From the NCBI RefSeq assembly GCF_036365525.1, contig NC_090380.1, forward strand, positions 72,467,757 to 72,531,756: a DNA stretch of 64,000 bases, written 5' to 3'. The translations under genes were made by a program, and so were the position numbers. Source of the stretch: Heterodontus francisci (taxonomy: Eukaryota). The notes beneath the pieces were generated by a model. It saw nothing but the letters and a program-made list of their open reading frames with translations. It made no database searches and was not told the DNA's origin. This document shows, piece by piece, positions 23,747 to 37,511 of this stretch; position 1 is the first letter of the stretch; each line of letters opens with the position of its first letter.

Positions 23747-25677
23747 GTATTGAATCTTTGTTTGTTCCTTTCAAGTATAGAATAAGCTTTCAATCCTTGC
23801 ATGCTTACGAAGAACACACTGTGGAATGGAGGCTAGGTGCCTCATTAGCAGGGGAGGAGGGTAAATCTGAACATAAGCCATACACTTTTCTTGATAATTG
23901 CATTGACAGAGGGCTATGCCCTCCTCTTGGTCAAGGAGTGCTACAGAAGTTTAAAAAGAGATAGAAAATTGAGCAGAGTAGGGACTGAACTCATGTCTTC
24001 TTATTTTGTGATGTGTCATGGCCAATAATTAACCCTCTGAACATAGTAACTCATTTTAAAAATAAACTCAGGACCAAGAGAGAGTGATATTTTACAGATT
24101 CTCTTTCCCTGACAGAACCAATCTACCTAATTATATTTTAATGTCTAACTGATTCACATTTTCCAAAGGATTTCATGCTAGTGTTATATGCAGCACAAGT
24201 GCATTTGTGATATGCTACAAATTGTGCATTCAAACGCTGGTGTTGACTGTCATTTCATGGCTATAAACTAGGAGATGGAACTGATGTGAGCACTTGACAC
24301 TTTTGATTTGTTTGACATTTTGCTGGAATGATTCAGCTTCAAGGTAAGTGCGCTATCATCTTAACTTCTGCCTCCCCAAAGCCAGCAAACCAATACCTAA
24401 AGCATGAACTTGTTGCACTGTATGTGACTTTAGTGCTGCGGTGAGGGAGGAGAACCAGGTGGAAATACACAGAAGAAGCAAACCCACCCTGCTCTTTACT
24501 AACATTCCACCCATTGCAGCCTCAGCACCAGTTTCCCAACAGTCCAGCTGTTAGTGGAAGAGAATTAATCTGGGCTGCAGTCATTACACAGTCACCATTT
24601 TCTATCTCTAGCTATGCCATAGCCAAAATCCACTTGCATTATTCCACCAAACTGAAAAATTTGAACATCAACTCCCTTTGGCACTTCATTAGCTCTAGCT
24701 GCAACCACTTCTGCTCAGTGCTGTACAAATGAGAACAGATGCCATTCGGTAGCTTTGCATTGCTCATTGACAGAAGCCACAGTATACAAGAACTTCTAGA
24801 AAAATAAATCAAACATTTTTTTCCCCCAGGTTCCATAAAGCAACAAAGACCAATTTCTTTAAAACAAGGGTTTCACTGCTGGTATCCCACACTCTCAAAC
24901 TGGTTTTCCACTTATGTTACTACAATATCAAGAAGACACAGATAAACTGATTAACTAAACAGTTGTGCTACAGGGCATCTACTTATTCATTCCGAAGCAT
25001 TCTATTTCTCAGTAACAAATAAAAGGAGCACATTAAATTTACACTGACCCTGGAAGTCACGTAATAAGGAGGTGTTCTAGGTGTTTCGCAAATTAGCATT
25101 TACAGAGGTGACAATGAGGGTCATGAGTCTCATTCTCAAATATGAATGTGTGTTTGAACTGCATGTTTACATTCTAAAATGTAAATGTATTTCATAGTTA
25201 TAATATTTAATAAAAGCAGGATTTTATAGAAATCAATAGAAGATAACTGACCAAGGTTTTGCAAACATACATTTGATGCTAGAAAAAGACAATATTGCCA
25301 CACTGTTCATATTCACATACATATGAGATTATTTACACCCTTAGAAAAGAAAATCAAAATATAAAGGCTCATTTGATAAAAGCAAGTTGTAAATGAACCA
25401 TAAAGGTCCCTGTTTTAATCCTTGATTGCTCCTATGTTAATTACAAGCATACAAAACTATACATAGAAACATAGGAAAAAATAATTGGTTTATCCAATCT
25501 GGCCTATAGAATTGTGATATGCATCAAGATACAGACACTCCTTATACACGTGGAGCCAGGTAATCTCCTGGAAGAGGTGAAAAGCCAGATTTAAAACCTA
25601 AGCCAATTTGGGAAAAATCTGAAAAATTCCTCTTCCCATGCCTTCAGGTGATTAAAACTAGTTCAGGAGATCTCATT

Positions 25678-26153
25678 GGGCTGGGTTTTACCAACCCTCT
25701 GGGGACGGCCTGGGAGGTTGCATGGTTGTGGGGAGCCATGAAATGGTGAGGGAAGGTAGGGGTGGGGTGGAGTGTCTAGCATCCTCCCATCGCCATGCCA
25801 TTTTACCAGTGGCGGGGAAGGTGGAGGGTGGCCCTCCCACCTCAGAGGCCAATTGAGCCACTTAATTGACCAATTAAAGGTCTCTTTCTGTCACCGTTGG
25901 CATCTTACCAGTGGTCGGTGTGCCCTCCGCCATGTGGTGAGACCGTCTGGTGAACCCTGCTGGCTCATTCGGGGAGAGTGGGGGATCCTCCAATTTGGGG
26001 ATTCCGTGGCCCATGGAGTTCTCCCTGACAGCAATGGCTGCCACCGCAGCAAAATTCCCCCTCACCAACCCTCTTACATTGGCCAAAGAGGGGTTGACCC
26101 AAGCTTTCTGGCCCATTGCCTGGGCCCACGCTGTGCCAACAAAATTCCAGCTA
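25678..26153. mobile_element. Harbinger-family MITE
   Basis: Termini gggctgggtttt and aaaattccagc; internal ccaattgagccacttaattgaccaattaa motif shared with the 42920 and 62441 copies. Confidence 0.72.
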
Positions 26154-26957
26154 TTGACTCTGATTTATATTACGGGGGAGATACCTCTTTTACAAGGTGA
26201 TCTCTGCCCTAGCAGGCAGCATGTCCTGCTTTCTCTTGAAGAAATTGGGAATCTGCATTCACCACACAATCTAGTCCCTTCAATATTTTATAAACTTCAA
26301 TCAATTCGCCCAAGTATACTCTTCGCTACAGTATACAGGCCCAGTTCTTTGAGTTTATCTGGATAACAAAGGTGCTTTAAACTGGGAATCAAATCAGTTG
26401 ACCTAAATAAAAGCAACAATTATATGCTATAATATGTTCAGCATTTCTGGGCTGGGGAAGGGAAAAATGAACTGAGTTCTGTCATATCTCAGGCTGAAAT
26501 GTCTAGTGATGCTCACTGCCAGTGTGGCCGTCAGGTGAGGGTGTGAGCAGGCTCACCTCTCACAGCTTCAGTGATAAATTACTCCATGTATAAGCTTACA
26601 CAGGAGGAACTGTCCACTTGGGCAAGATACTGGAAAGTGGTTGATGCCCACAAAACAATGCCTAGAACAAGCCAGTACCTTCAGGAAATTAGGGGAGAAA
26701 ATGACTACAGGAATGGGAAAATTTTGTCATCCTCTGTGCTACTTTGCTTGCTCCTTTGCTTTTTTATTTCAGAGTTTTTGTTTCAGTAGTCATGCTGATG
26801 ACCTAATATCTGGAAACTGACTAGAGTTATTACAGTGCATGACCTGAAGTATCTTGAATTTATAAACTTATCTGAACACACACTAATTCAACTGTAAGTC
26901 TCAGTAAATCCTCTCCGATAAGTCCCTCAATAATACTATATCATCATAAATTAAAAT

Positions 26958-27882
26958 TGTGACGACCAGGTGAGAAATGGGTCTAGGGGTTCCTTCTCAG
27001 CCTTTTCCTGGTTTGACCATAACAGGGTTTAATTTTTAAAACACTGTGTTTTAGCTTCCCCTCAGTGAATCCTTGTTCACTGCTCTCCAATTGTAACGGC
27101 AAAGAAATCAACCAGACAGGTTTTCTTAGATTTAAACAAGAAAGGTGTAAGTTTATTAATAGTAAAACTCTAATTTGGTTAAAACCACTAAAATACGCAA
27201 CACGACCACGCTAGCATGCACAAGCGATAAACACACACGCAGATAGAGACAGAAAAGGGGGAAGAATCAAGGAGAAAGGTTTGAAGCAATAGCTGGAGTT
27301 CATTTACTGCCTTTTATGTTCGATGTAAAGTCTTTGGTTGCAGTTAAATCTTGCCATCTCGTTAGGGCCCAGTACACAGTTTCAAAATAGTTTCGATGGT
27401 TTTCTGTCTTCTTGAAATCCAGTTGCAGTCTCTTTTCGTGAGAGAAAGAGCGAAAGCGAGACAGGGAGATGCTGTCTTCCTTCAAGTTCAGTTGCATTCT
27501 GACTTCAAACTGTTCTGTGAACCCAATTCGAACCAAACCTGGGCCAGCCGGCCAGTCATGTGACTAGCTTTTTTTTTAAACAATCTGTCCGGTAAGGTTT
27601 TGTGGATTCTTTCAATCTTATTAGACATCTTCAGTAGGGGACTGGAATGCTGACCTTCACACACTCAATATCTTGTGATCAAAATCCATTTGGTTAATTG
27701 AATCAGGGAGCAGTTCCATCGACTTCTCCAGGCAACTGTCTCTTAGATTGCAAATGTTTCCAGAAATTGTCCTGTTAGAAGGCAGGTGCAGCTATGTTTT
27801 CAGTCCAGTCAGAGTTTAAAATTAATGTTCCATATGATGAAATTAATATGCCTCATTCTTGGCAGATGTGGTTTTCCTCACA
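26958..27882 (-). mobile_element. Solo LTR (925 bp), probably Gypsy/ERV-type
   Basis: TGTGA...TCACA inverted termini, 4-bp TSD aaat/gaat (one mismatch), AATAAA on the minus strand at about 27152-27157. Confidence 0.75.
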
Positions 27883-28091
27883 GAATTTAAATTAACACAT
27901 TCAATAAGGTAAACTGAACCAACAAGAAAAAACCCTTTCAACTGCTTTGCTTGAAATGGGTATGGACACTTGTTAAGCACCATCTGTGGTTAGAATTGTC
28001 ACAAATAGGAAGGTCATGGGAAGGGCCAGATTTAAATGATTAATTTTCCCACCTTTGCCAAACTGTAAGGGGTGCTGATGATGATGGAACT

Positions 28092-28191
28092 CCCGAAGAA
28101 GGGTCACTGACCCGAAACGTTAACTCTGCTTCTCTTTCCACAGATGCTGCCAGACCTGCTGAGTGGTTCCAGCATTTCTTATTTTTATTAC
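28092..28191 (+). mobile_element. Penelope-like element terminus with a degenerate minimal hammerhead ribozyme motif
   Basis: ccgaaga-a-GGGTCA-c-TGACCC-gaaacgttaactctg...cagatgctgccagacctgctgagt; related copies at about 10135-10230(+), 44930-45055(-) and 54475-54640. Confidence 0.65.
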
Positions 28192-30799
28192 AGGACGACC
28201 AAGACTGGGAACTGAATATTCAAGGATATTCGACATTTAGGAAGGACAGGCAAAAAGGAAAAGGAGTGGTGTTGAGCTAATAATAAGGGACGGGATCAGT
28301 ACATTAGTAAGGGAGGATCAGATCGGAAGAACAAAATGTGGAATCTGTTTGGGTGGAGCTAAGAAACAGCAAGGGGCAGCAAACATTGGTAGGAGTTGTT
28401 TACAGGCCACCAAACAGTAGTGGTAGTGTGGGGCATGGTATTAATCAGGAGATTAGAGAGGCATGTAGCATGGGTAATGCAGTAATCATGGGTGACTTCA
28501 ATTTTCATATAGACTGGGGAAACCTAATGAGCACTAATGCTGGGGAGGACGAGTTTCTGGAGTGTGTTAGGGATGGTTTTCTAGAGCAGTATGTTGAGGA
28601 ACCGACTACAGAACAGGCTATTTTAGATCTAGTATTATGTAATGAGAAAGGGTTATTTAATAATCTTGTTGTAAAATAATCTTTAGGGATGAGTGACCAT
28701 AATATGATAGAATTTTACATTATGTTTGAAAGTGAGGTCGTTCAATCTGAAACCAGGGTGTTAAATTTGAACAAAAGAAATTTTGAAGATATGAGCAGCA
28801 AATTGGCTGAGATGGATTAGGAAAATACATTAAAAGGTATGACAGTACATAGGCAATTATTACATAGTTTACAGCAACTATACATTCCTTCAAGGCACAA
28901 AAGCCCCAACAGAAAAGGCAGTCAACCATGGCTAACAAAGGAAGTTAAGGATTGTATAAGATTAAAAGAAAAGGCCTATAAAGTTGCCAGAAATAGTAGC
29001 AAACCTGAGGATTGGGAGGATTTTAGAATACAGCAAAGGCAGATCAAGAAACTGATAAAGAAAGGGAGAATAGAATATGAATGTAAACTAGCAAAAAACA
29101 TAAAAATGGACTGTAAAAGCTTCTATAGGTACGTAAAAAGGAAATGTTTGGCTGAGACGAATGTGGATCCATTACAGGCAGTCAGGAGAATTTATAATGG
29201 GGAATAGAGAAATGACAGAGAAGCTAAATGATTACTTTGTGTCTGTTTTTACTGAGGAAAATACACGAAATCTCCCAGAATTAGAGATCCAAGGGACAAA
29301 GGAGAATGAGGAATTGAAGGAAATTAGTATTAGTAAGAAGGTTGTATTTGAGAAATTAATGGGGCTGAAGGTTGATAAGTCCCCAGGACCTGATATTCTA
29401 CATCCCAGAGTGTTGAAAGAGGTAGCTATGGGGATAGTGGATGCATTGGTGATCATCTTCCAAAATTCTATAGATTCTGGAATGTTCCTACAGACTGGAA
29501 GGTCGCAAATGTCACCCCACTACTTAAGAAGGGAAGGATTGAGAAAACGGGAAACTACATATCTGTTAGCCTTACATGAGTAGTAGGGAAAATGCTAGAA
29601 TCTGTTCTAAAGAATGTGATAAATGGATACTTGGATAATAATGATCTGATTGGGCATAGTCAACATGGATTTATGAATGGGAAATCATGTTTGATGAACC
29701 TGTTGGAGTTTTTTGAGGATGTTACTAACAGAATTGATAAAGGGGAGTCAGTGGACCTGGTATACTTGGATTTTCAGAAGGCTTTTGATAAAGTCCCCCA
29801 CAGGAGGCTGGCTAGCAAAATTGAAGCACATGGGATAGGACGTAATATACTGGCATGGATTAAGGATTAGTTAACAGGCAGAAAACAGACAGTAGGAATA
29901 AACATTCTCAAGTTAGCAGGCTGTGACTAGTGGGGTACCGCAAAGATCAGTACTTTGGTCCCAGCCGTTCACAATATATATCAATGATTTGGATGTGGGG
30001 ATCAATATAGTATTTCCAAGTTCGCAGATGACACAAAACGAGGTGGGAATGTGTGTTGTGAGGAAGATGCAAAGCAGCTCCTAGGGGATTTAGACAGTCT
30101 TAGTGAGTGGGCAAGAACATGGCAGATGGAATATAATGTGGAAAAATGTACGGTTATCCACTTTGGTAGGAGGAATAGATGTGCAGAGTATTTCTTAAAT
30201 GGTAAGAGATTGGAAAGTGCAGATGTACAAAGGGACCTGGGTGTCCTTGACAATAGGTCACTGAAAGCTAACATGCAGGTGCTGCAAGCAATTAGGAAGG
30301 CTAATGGTATGTTAGCCTTTATCGCAAGAGGATTTGAGTACAGGAGTAGCGAGGTCTTGCTTCAATTGTATAGAATCTTGGTTAGACCACACCTGGAGTA
30401 CTGTGTGTGGTTTTGGTCCCCTTACCATAGGAAGGATATTGCCATAGAGGGAGTGCAACGAAGATTCAAGTGACTTGTTCCCGGGATGGCGGGACTGTCC
30501 TATGAAGAGAGATTGGGGAAATTGAGCCTGTATTCTCTAGAGTTTCGAAGAATGAGAGATGATCTAATTGAAACCTACAAAATACCTAAAGGGATAGACA
30601 GGGTAGATGCAAGAAAGATGTTTCCCTGGTTGGGGACTCTAGAACCAGGGGACACAATTTCAAAATAAGGGGGAAGGCACTTAGGACAGAGATGAGGAGA
30701 AATTTCTTTACTCCTTGTGCATCTTTGGAATTCTCTACCCCAGAGGGCTGTGGAAGCTCAGTCATTGAGTATGTTTAAAGTAGAGATTGACAGATTTTT

Positions 30800-32200
30800 T
30801 TTTAGAGATACAAAGAACAAAGAACAAAGATAATTACAGCACAGGAACAGGCCCTTCGGCCCTCCAAGCCTGCGCCTATCCAGATCCTCTCTCTAAACAT
30901 GTCGCCTATTTTCTAAGGTTCTGTCTCTCTTTTCTTCCTGCCCATTCATGTATCTGTCTAGATACATCTTAAAAGACTCCATCGTGCCCGCATCTACCAC
31001 CTCCGCTGGCAATGCGTTCCAGGTGCCCACCACCCTCTGCGTAAAGAACTTTCCACGCATATCCCCCCTAAACTTTTCCCCTTTCACTTTGAACTCGTGT
31101 CCTCTAGTAATTGTAACCCCTACTCTGGGAAAAAGCCTCTTGCTATCCACCCTGTCTATACCTCTCATGATTTTGTACACCTCAATCAGGTCCCCCCTCA
31201 ACCTCCGTCTTTCTAATGAAAATAATCCTAATCTGCTCAACCTCTCTTCATAGCTAGCGCCCTCCATACCAGGCAACATCCTGGTGAACCTCCTCTGCAT
31301 CCTCTCCAAAGCATCCACATCCTTTTGATAATGTGGCGACCAGAACTGTACGCAGTATTCCAAATGTGGCCGAACCAAAGTCCTATACAACTGTAACATG
31401 ACCTGCCAACTCTTGTACTCAATGCCCCGTCCGATGAAGGAAAGCATGCCGTATGCCTTCTTGACCACTCTATTTACCTGCGTTGCCACCTTCAGGGAAC
31501 AGTGGACCTGAACACCCAAATCTCTCTGGACATCAATTTTCCCCAGGACTTTTCCATTTACTGTATAGTTCACTCTTGAATTGGATCTTCCAAAATGCAT
31601 CACCTCGCATTTGCCCGTATTGAACTCCATCTGCCATTTCTCTGCCCAACTCTCCAATCTATCTATATTCTGCTGTATTCTCTGACAGTCCCCTTCACTA
31701 TCTGCTACTCCACCAATCTTAGTGTCGTCTGCAAATTTGCTAATCAGTCCACCTATACTTTCCTCCAAATCATTAATGTATATCACAAACAACAGTGGTC
31801 CCAGCACGGATCCCTGTGGAACACCACTGGTCACACGTCTCCATTTTGAGAAACTCCCTTCTACTGCTACTCTCTGTCTCCTGTTGCCCAGCCAGTTCTT
31901 TATCCATCTAGCTAGTACACCTTGGACCCCAAGCGCCTTCACTTTCTCCATCAGCCTGCCATGGGGAACCTTATCAAACGCCTTACTGAAGTCCATGTAT
32001 ATGACATCGACAGCCCTTCCCTCATCAATCAACTTTGTCACTTCCTCAAAGAATTCTATTAAGTTGGTAAGACATGACCTTCCCTGCACAAAACCATGTT
32101 GCCTATCACTGATGAGCCCATTTTCTTCCCTTTGGCCCTTTGGCCCACCGAGTCTGTGCCGACCAACAACCACCCATTTATACTAACCCTATAGTAATCC
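30800..32200 (-). mobile_element. 5'-truncated HE1 SINE split by the young CR1 (pieces 30800-30812 and 32134-32200)
   Basis: tttagagataca plus ggccctttggcccaccgagtctgtgccgaccaacaaccacccatttatactaaccc is colinear with the 41941-42252 copy, missing about 11 bp at the insertion site. Confidence 0.85.
30811..32129 (-). mobile_element. Young 5'-truncated CR1 (HER1-like) LINE with an uninterrupted RT C-terminal ORF
   Basis: ORF 30893..32173 is stop-free: [57 protein letters not shown]. Tail is (TTCTTTG)n. Confidence 0.95.
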
Positions 32201-32359
32201 TTTCTAAATACAAATGACATAAAGAGATATGGGGATAGTGTGGAAAAAAGGCATTGAAGTGGATGATCAGCTCTGATCGTATTGAATGGCGGAGCAGGCT
32301 CGATGGGCTGAATGACCTACTCCTGCTCCTGTCTTCCTAAATTACTATTTATAATTTCA

Positions 32360-33170
32360 GGCTGGTGGAAGGACAGACACGTGGCAGATGAAATTTAATG
32401 TTGAGAAGTGTGGAGAAATACATTTTGGTAGGAAGAACAAGGAAAGGCAATACAAAATGAAGGATACAATTCTAAAGTGGGTGTAGGAGTAGAGGGACCA
32501 GGGGTTATATGTGTACAAATCATTGAAGGTGGCAAGGCAGGTTGAGAAAGCAGTTAATAAGGCATACAGGATATTGGGCTTTTTAAATAGAGGTGTGGAG
32601 TACAAAAGCAAGCAAGTTATGGTGAACCTTTATAAAACATTGGTTTGGCCTCAACTGGAATATTGTGTCCAATTCTGGGCACCACACTTTAGGAAGGATG
32701 TAAAAGCAATGGAGAGGATGAGACACTTCAGTTATGTAGATAGATTGGCGAAGCTGGGGCCGTTCTCTTTAGAGAAGTGAAGGTTCAAAGGAGATTTTCT
32801 AGAGGTGCTCAAATTCATGAGCAGTCTGGACAGAGTACATAGGGAGAAACAGTTCTCATTGGCAGCAGGGTCGAGAACCAGAGGACACCGATGTAAGACA
32901 ATTGGCAAAAGAATCAGAAGCAACATGAGGAAAATCTTTTTTATGCAGCGAGTGTTTAGGATCCGGAATGCACTGCCTGAGAGTGTGGTGGATTCAATCC
33001 TGGATTTAAAAAAGGAGTTAGATAATTATCTAAAGAGAAAACATTTGCAGGGCTACAGGGAAAAGGAAGGGGAATAGGACGAGCTGAGTAGCTCTTACAG
33101 AGAACCAGCACAGACACAATGCACTGAATGGCTTCCTTCTGTGCTGTAACCATTGTGCGATTCTATGATT
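32360..33170 (+). mobile_element. CR1 LINE 3' fragment
   Basis: [27 protein letters not shown] and FFMQRV..RNALP; tail tgaatggcttccttctgtgctgtaacc..ttctatgatt. Confidence 0.88.
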
Positions 33171-33395
33171 TCCAGTAATTTCTGTTTTTATCGCATTTGA
33201 TACAGAAAAACTTAAAAGCTCGAACTATTTTCCCATGCGTTCACAAGAATCACATTTGTTCACATCATTAAGTTAATGCATTTGAATGGAATATCTGATA
33301 AATCTGGGGAGTTATGAAACTATGCTTCAATGATATTTAAATTCATTGGCTGTCAAATGTTGTTTTAATGACATGAAAACTTTGTGTACCTACAG

Positions 33396-33806
33396 AAAGC
33401 AATTTGCAAACTGTCAAAACTGAGAAGAGTATTACTGTGCCAGAGGACAGTCAGATTCAACTGGATTGCAAGATCAGCAACCGTACCAACCTGGATTCTC
33501 AACTATCTGTGGTCTGGTATGCCCAGAGAACACTGGAGTCAGATAGAGATCCCATTCTCAGCCTGAATCGGAATTCTGTTTTTGAGTATGGCAGCTCAGG
33601 GAATAACAGTCTAAGACTGAGGGATAGGCTACAGTTTGAAAAAACTACCAGTGAACTGTATAGTTTGATACTACAGAAAGCAACTACATCTGACACTGGC
33701 AGTTACTTCTGTTATGTGGAAGAGTGGCTACTTGACCCTAATGATGTATGGTATAAACTGGGAGAGGATCAGTCTGGACTGACTACTGTCACTGTACAAC
33801 AACCAG
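33396..33806 (+). CDS. IGSF3: IGSF3 internal coding exon, V-type Ig domain (about domain 7)
   Basis: Acceptor cctacAG|aa and donor ccag|GTac; 411 bp, phase 1-1. Translation ESNLQTVK...IQLDCKISNRT...VVWYAQR...SDTGSYFCYVEEWLLDP...SGLTTVTVQQP. Confidence 0.93.
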
Positions 33807-35597
33807 GTACGGTATAGCTATTAATTTCAGTTTAGGTAAAATGCTTTAATAAAGAGTGGTTTACAAAAGCTATTCCTCTTATTGGCATCAGACCACATGA
33901 CTTCCGGTCACCTTATTGGAAATTTTAAGACATGGCTGCATGATGTTTAAGGAATTAAATTATACCAAAAATTAGCTGAAATCTGGCTTCTGAAATGCAA
34001 TATCTTCCAGCTGACTAATGTGCACTGAGTTAGTCTCAGTTTTAAATTACAATGTTACTTACATCAATAATTTAGCAGAGAAGTCTTGCCTATTTTGGCA
34101 CCAAATCCATAGCGTAACACTGCAAATACTATATCATGCTTAAACTTCACCAACAATTCCCATCAAAGCTGTGTTGTCTTGCCTCCATTCCAGATACGAG
34201 GCCAAAACACAGTGCATGTCATAGTACCACAATGTGCATGTACAAGTATCTTACATCCCATGTGAGTTTCCCCCACCCCCAAAAGCCCCACCCAGTCAAC
34301 ACAGATAATGTGGGACTAGTAAGATTTAAATGCATGCAGCTGGGTGAAGTGGGGGATATGTGCTCTGGCTTCCTGAAAAACTTGTGAGAGCCACTATTCT
34401 GTGTTAACATTTCAAAGGAGTTCAGTGACACTGTCAGGGGTTAGCACAATCTATCAGTTGGATGATGCAACATTGTTACTTTCAATTTTGTCAAGAATAA
34501 AGGCACCAGATTGACGAGTGAAACTCAATGCTATCCACTTTACCCAGGCTGTGGGCTTGTGACAAAATTAACCCCTATTTTGCCCATTATTTTGACAGGA
34601 TTCTCATGAATTCTATCTTAATTGGCATTCCATTTTAAACAAAAGTTTAAAAGATATTCACATGTGGTGAACTTTGTAAAGTTTAACACATTCTGTAAGC
34701 TGTTCCTGGCCGGTAACTGAGCTCAGTTAATCCTGTTTGTAGCATTGCCTTGTCCAGTCATATACTACACCTTCCCAGCCTACAAGCATAGTGCACATTC
34801 CATATATGCATATATGCTTATCAGCAGTGGGGTGGGGGAGGGGAATATGATGCCCACAGGGCTATCGTTAAAGGGCCAGAAGTATAATCAGGCAGCTGTA
34901 TTCAAACTTTTCAGCTTATAATTGTGACACTGGTTACATGTGAATCATTTTGCAAGGCACAGATGTTATTAAATGGACAAAAATGAAAAATAGCCAAGCT
35001 AACCTAATGATATAGTTATAGCTTGCCCGAGGCAATCTCTTTAAATCTCATTAGCACTGCTGGTGTTCATATTGACTTAATCACAGTGTGACTTATTTAA
35101 AAAAGAATCATTTAAATTGAAATACCACCTGGATATTCATCTCTGCTTCATTTAGTCATGATTAAGCTGGTGTGGTATGGTAGCTAGAGGCAAAAAAGGG
35201 TGCGAGACATATTCAGATGCGATGGTGGCACAAATTATATTGACTAGACAAGAATTTATTTGAATATGCTGACGAGCTTGTCCTCTAGGAAAAGGCAAAT
35301 ATTAATATATTGCTGTTTCAAAAGGAATAAACTAGCAAAGTTAAATATCAGAGACCTCCTATACAAAGGCCCATTATAGCTGCAGTGAAGCAGTGAAATA
35401 GGCCATTATGGATTGGGATTTTCCAGAATCTACTCCATATGACAGCCCACATTGTATAAGGATTAAATATAAGCCTCCAGCTATGGCTCTGATGATGCAG
35501 TTTCAATGTAGTGTAATCTTACTCCTGGTGTTAAACTGAAATTTGTTGTCATCTATAATGCATGTCTCTCGACCGCAGGCACTCTCTCTGCACAATG

Positions 35598-36291
35598 GTC
35601 CTGAATTTTCCCATGGGTGTTGTGAACCTGAATTTGAAATCATTTCCAGGTCCCGAACCCGTGTATTTGGCCAATTAACAGGCCGCCTCCACGTTTGCCA
35701 TCCAATTAGGGACAGCAAGCAAATTCCCTAGGCGGGAACACAGGACATCACAGCCTTCTACAATGCAGATCAACAGCCTGCACTGTGAGACCAGTGGGAG
35801 CGCTGCTGAGAGCCAAATTGATGGAGTAGCAGGGAGGCACTGCAGCCGCCACCAATGTCAGTGGAGCAGCTGGAAAGTAACATGCTATGGTCATCAGAGC
35901 CATTCAATTCCACTATTTAAGAACTCAGCGGCAAGACTGTGATACGGGCAAACGGCAGCCTTGCCATTTGCTGCTGCTGAGCTCATCACCAGCCTTAGAA
36001 GCTGCAAGGCTCCGACCTCCCACTTTGAAGCCGCCGCCTCTTACCTGCCGGGAAGCAGACACAACTAGGGATCCCGGTGCCACTTGCAAAATCTACACTC
36101 TGTCAAAAAATAGGGCTTAATTGGCTACCCACTGTTGCCATGCAGGGAGCCACTGCTGCTGGGATCCCACCTCTGGGAAAAGTGCTAGGAGGTGGGAAGA
36201 CATTGTGGTGCCGACCCGACACATGGCTCTCCAAATTTTCACGCCTCCCCCTTCTGCAAAGACACCTCCACAGGACTGGGAAATTCAGCCT
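35598..36291. mobile_element. Harbinger-family MITE
   Basis: Termini (gtc)ctgaattttccc and gggaaattcagcct with a 3-bp TSD ATG/ATG (35595-97 and 36292-94). Confidence 0.75.
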
Positions 36292-36563
36292 ATGATGACT
36301 ACATGGCTGGATTAAATGACTGAAAATTTTCAGCAGAATAAAATTTATTGACCTTTGATGAAACCAAGGTTTGTGAGGCCATTTGAATAAATACCGCATT
36401 TCATACCATGAGCTAGTACACACATATCCCGGGATGAGTTATCAAATTTGGTATGGAAGAAAAAAATTGGAAAAAAGAAATTTGTGGAGGATCTACTTTA
36501 TACTGGTGTTATTGTAGAAGCATATGATAGTTGCTCAGGTATAATAGTGTTTGGAATGTATGT

Positions 36564-36894
36564 ACAGTGGCGCAGTGGTTAGCACCGCAGCCTCACAGCT
36601 CCAGCGACCCAGGTTCAATTCTGGGTACTGCCTGTGTGGAGTCTGCAAGTTCTCCCTGTGTCTGCGTGGGTTTCCTCCGGGTGCTCCGGTTTCCTCCCAC
36701 AGCCAAAAGACTTGCAGGTTGATAGGTGAATTGGCCATTATAAATTGTCACTAGTATAGGTAGGTGGTAGGGAAATATAGGGACAGGTGAGGATATGGTA
36801 GGAATGTAGGATTAGTATAAATGGGTCGTTAATGGTCGGCACAGACTCGGTGGGCCGAAGGGCCTGTTTCAGTGCTGTATCTCTAAATCTAAAA
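36564..36894 (+). mobile_element. HE1-type V-SINE
   Basis: Near-identical to the 8402-8748 copy; A and B boxes intact. Confidence 0.92.
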
Positions 36895-37511
36895 CTTCTT
36901 TGCTTTGAGTTGATTTGCATCTTTTTTCTGCCTCTAATTTGCCTTCCAATTTTTTACTCTTGCCTTTGCTAAAGGGGCTCACTCATGTAGCCCTTCAGCA
37001 ACTCAGCGAGATTGTTATTTATTTCAATCTGTGGTCCTGGACAGCAAAGGGTCAGCAAACTGTTTGAACATGAGGAGCCATCACAGTTGAGCCCAATCCT
37101 GCCCTCATCTCAAGGTCACGTCTACTGTATGAATTAAAAGTCCCATCTGACTTTGCCAGGTACAGTAATTACACATAGGATCTGCAGCAACAGTCTGCTT
37201 AAGATGGGGCCCTTCCTGCATCATTCAATCTTTCCTCATGTTGGGTTGATCTGGGCAGAGATGTCTGAACGTGGGCTTGTTCCAACTCTTGGCTGAGGGA
37301 AATAGTGTGAATATAGGAGAAAATTCACTGATCTGCACTCCCAGTAGGGAGTAATGCTCAGGAGAGGTATGGATTGGAGATAGGACTGCAACACTGCAGC
37401 ACTGATTTTCTGACCCACACTGCCTTCGAGAAAAATGGGTACATCAACTTTCTCAGGTTTTCAAAAATTAAACATTAAAACCTGTTATCTCTCTTTTTAA
37501 TTTACAAACAG

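Larger units (their letters stand above)
28191..32340 (+). mobile_element. Older CR1 LINE: APE endonuclease through RT and 3' UTR, decayed, interrupted at 30800-32200
   Basis: Frameshifted ORF2 pieces ESVWVELRN..GVVYRPPNS..MGDFNF..ILDLVL, KSPGPD..HPRVLKE, QHGFMNGKSC..YLDFQKAFDKVPH and VRPHLEYC. The element resumes at 32201 (tttctaaatacaaat) and ends ...cctactcctgctcctgtcttcct. Confidence 0.93.

Noticed and set aside
30893-32173. Functional standalone reverse transcriptase gene
   Set aside because: 5'-truncated CR1 lacking the endonuclease and RT N-terminus; the apparent N-terminus is SINE sequence.
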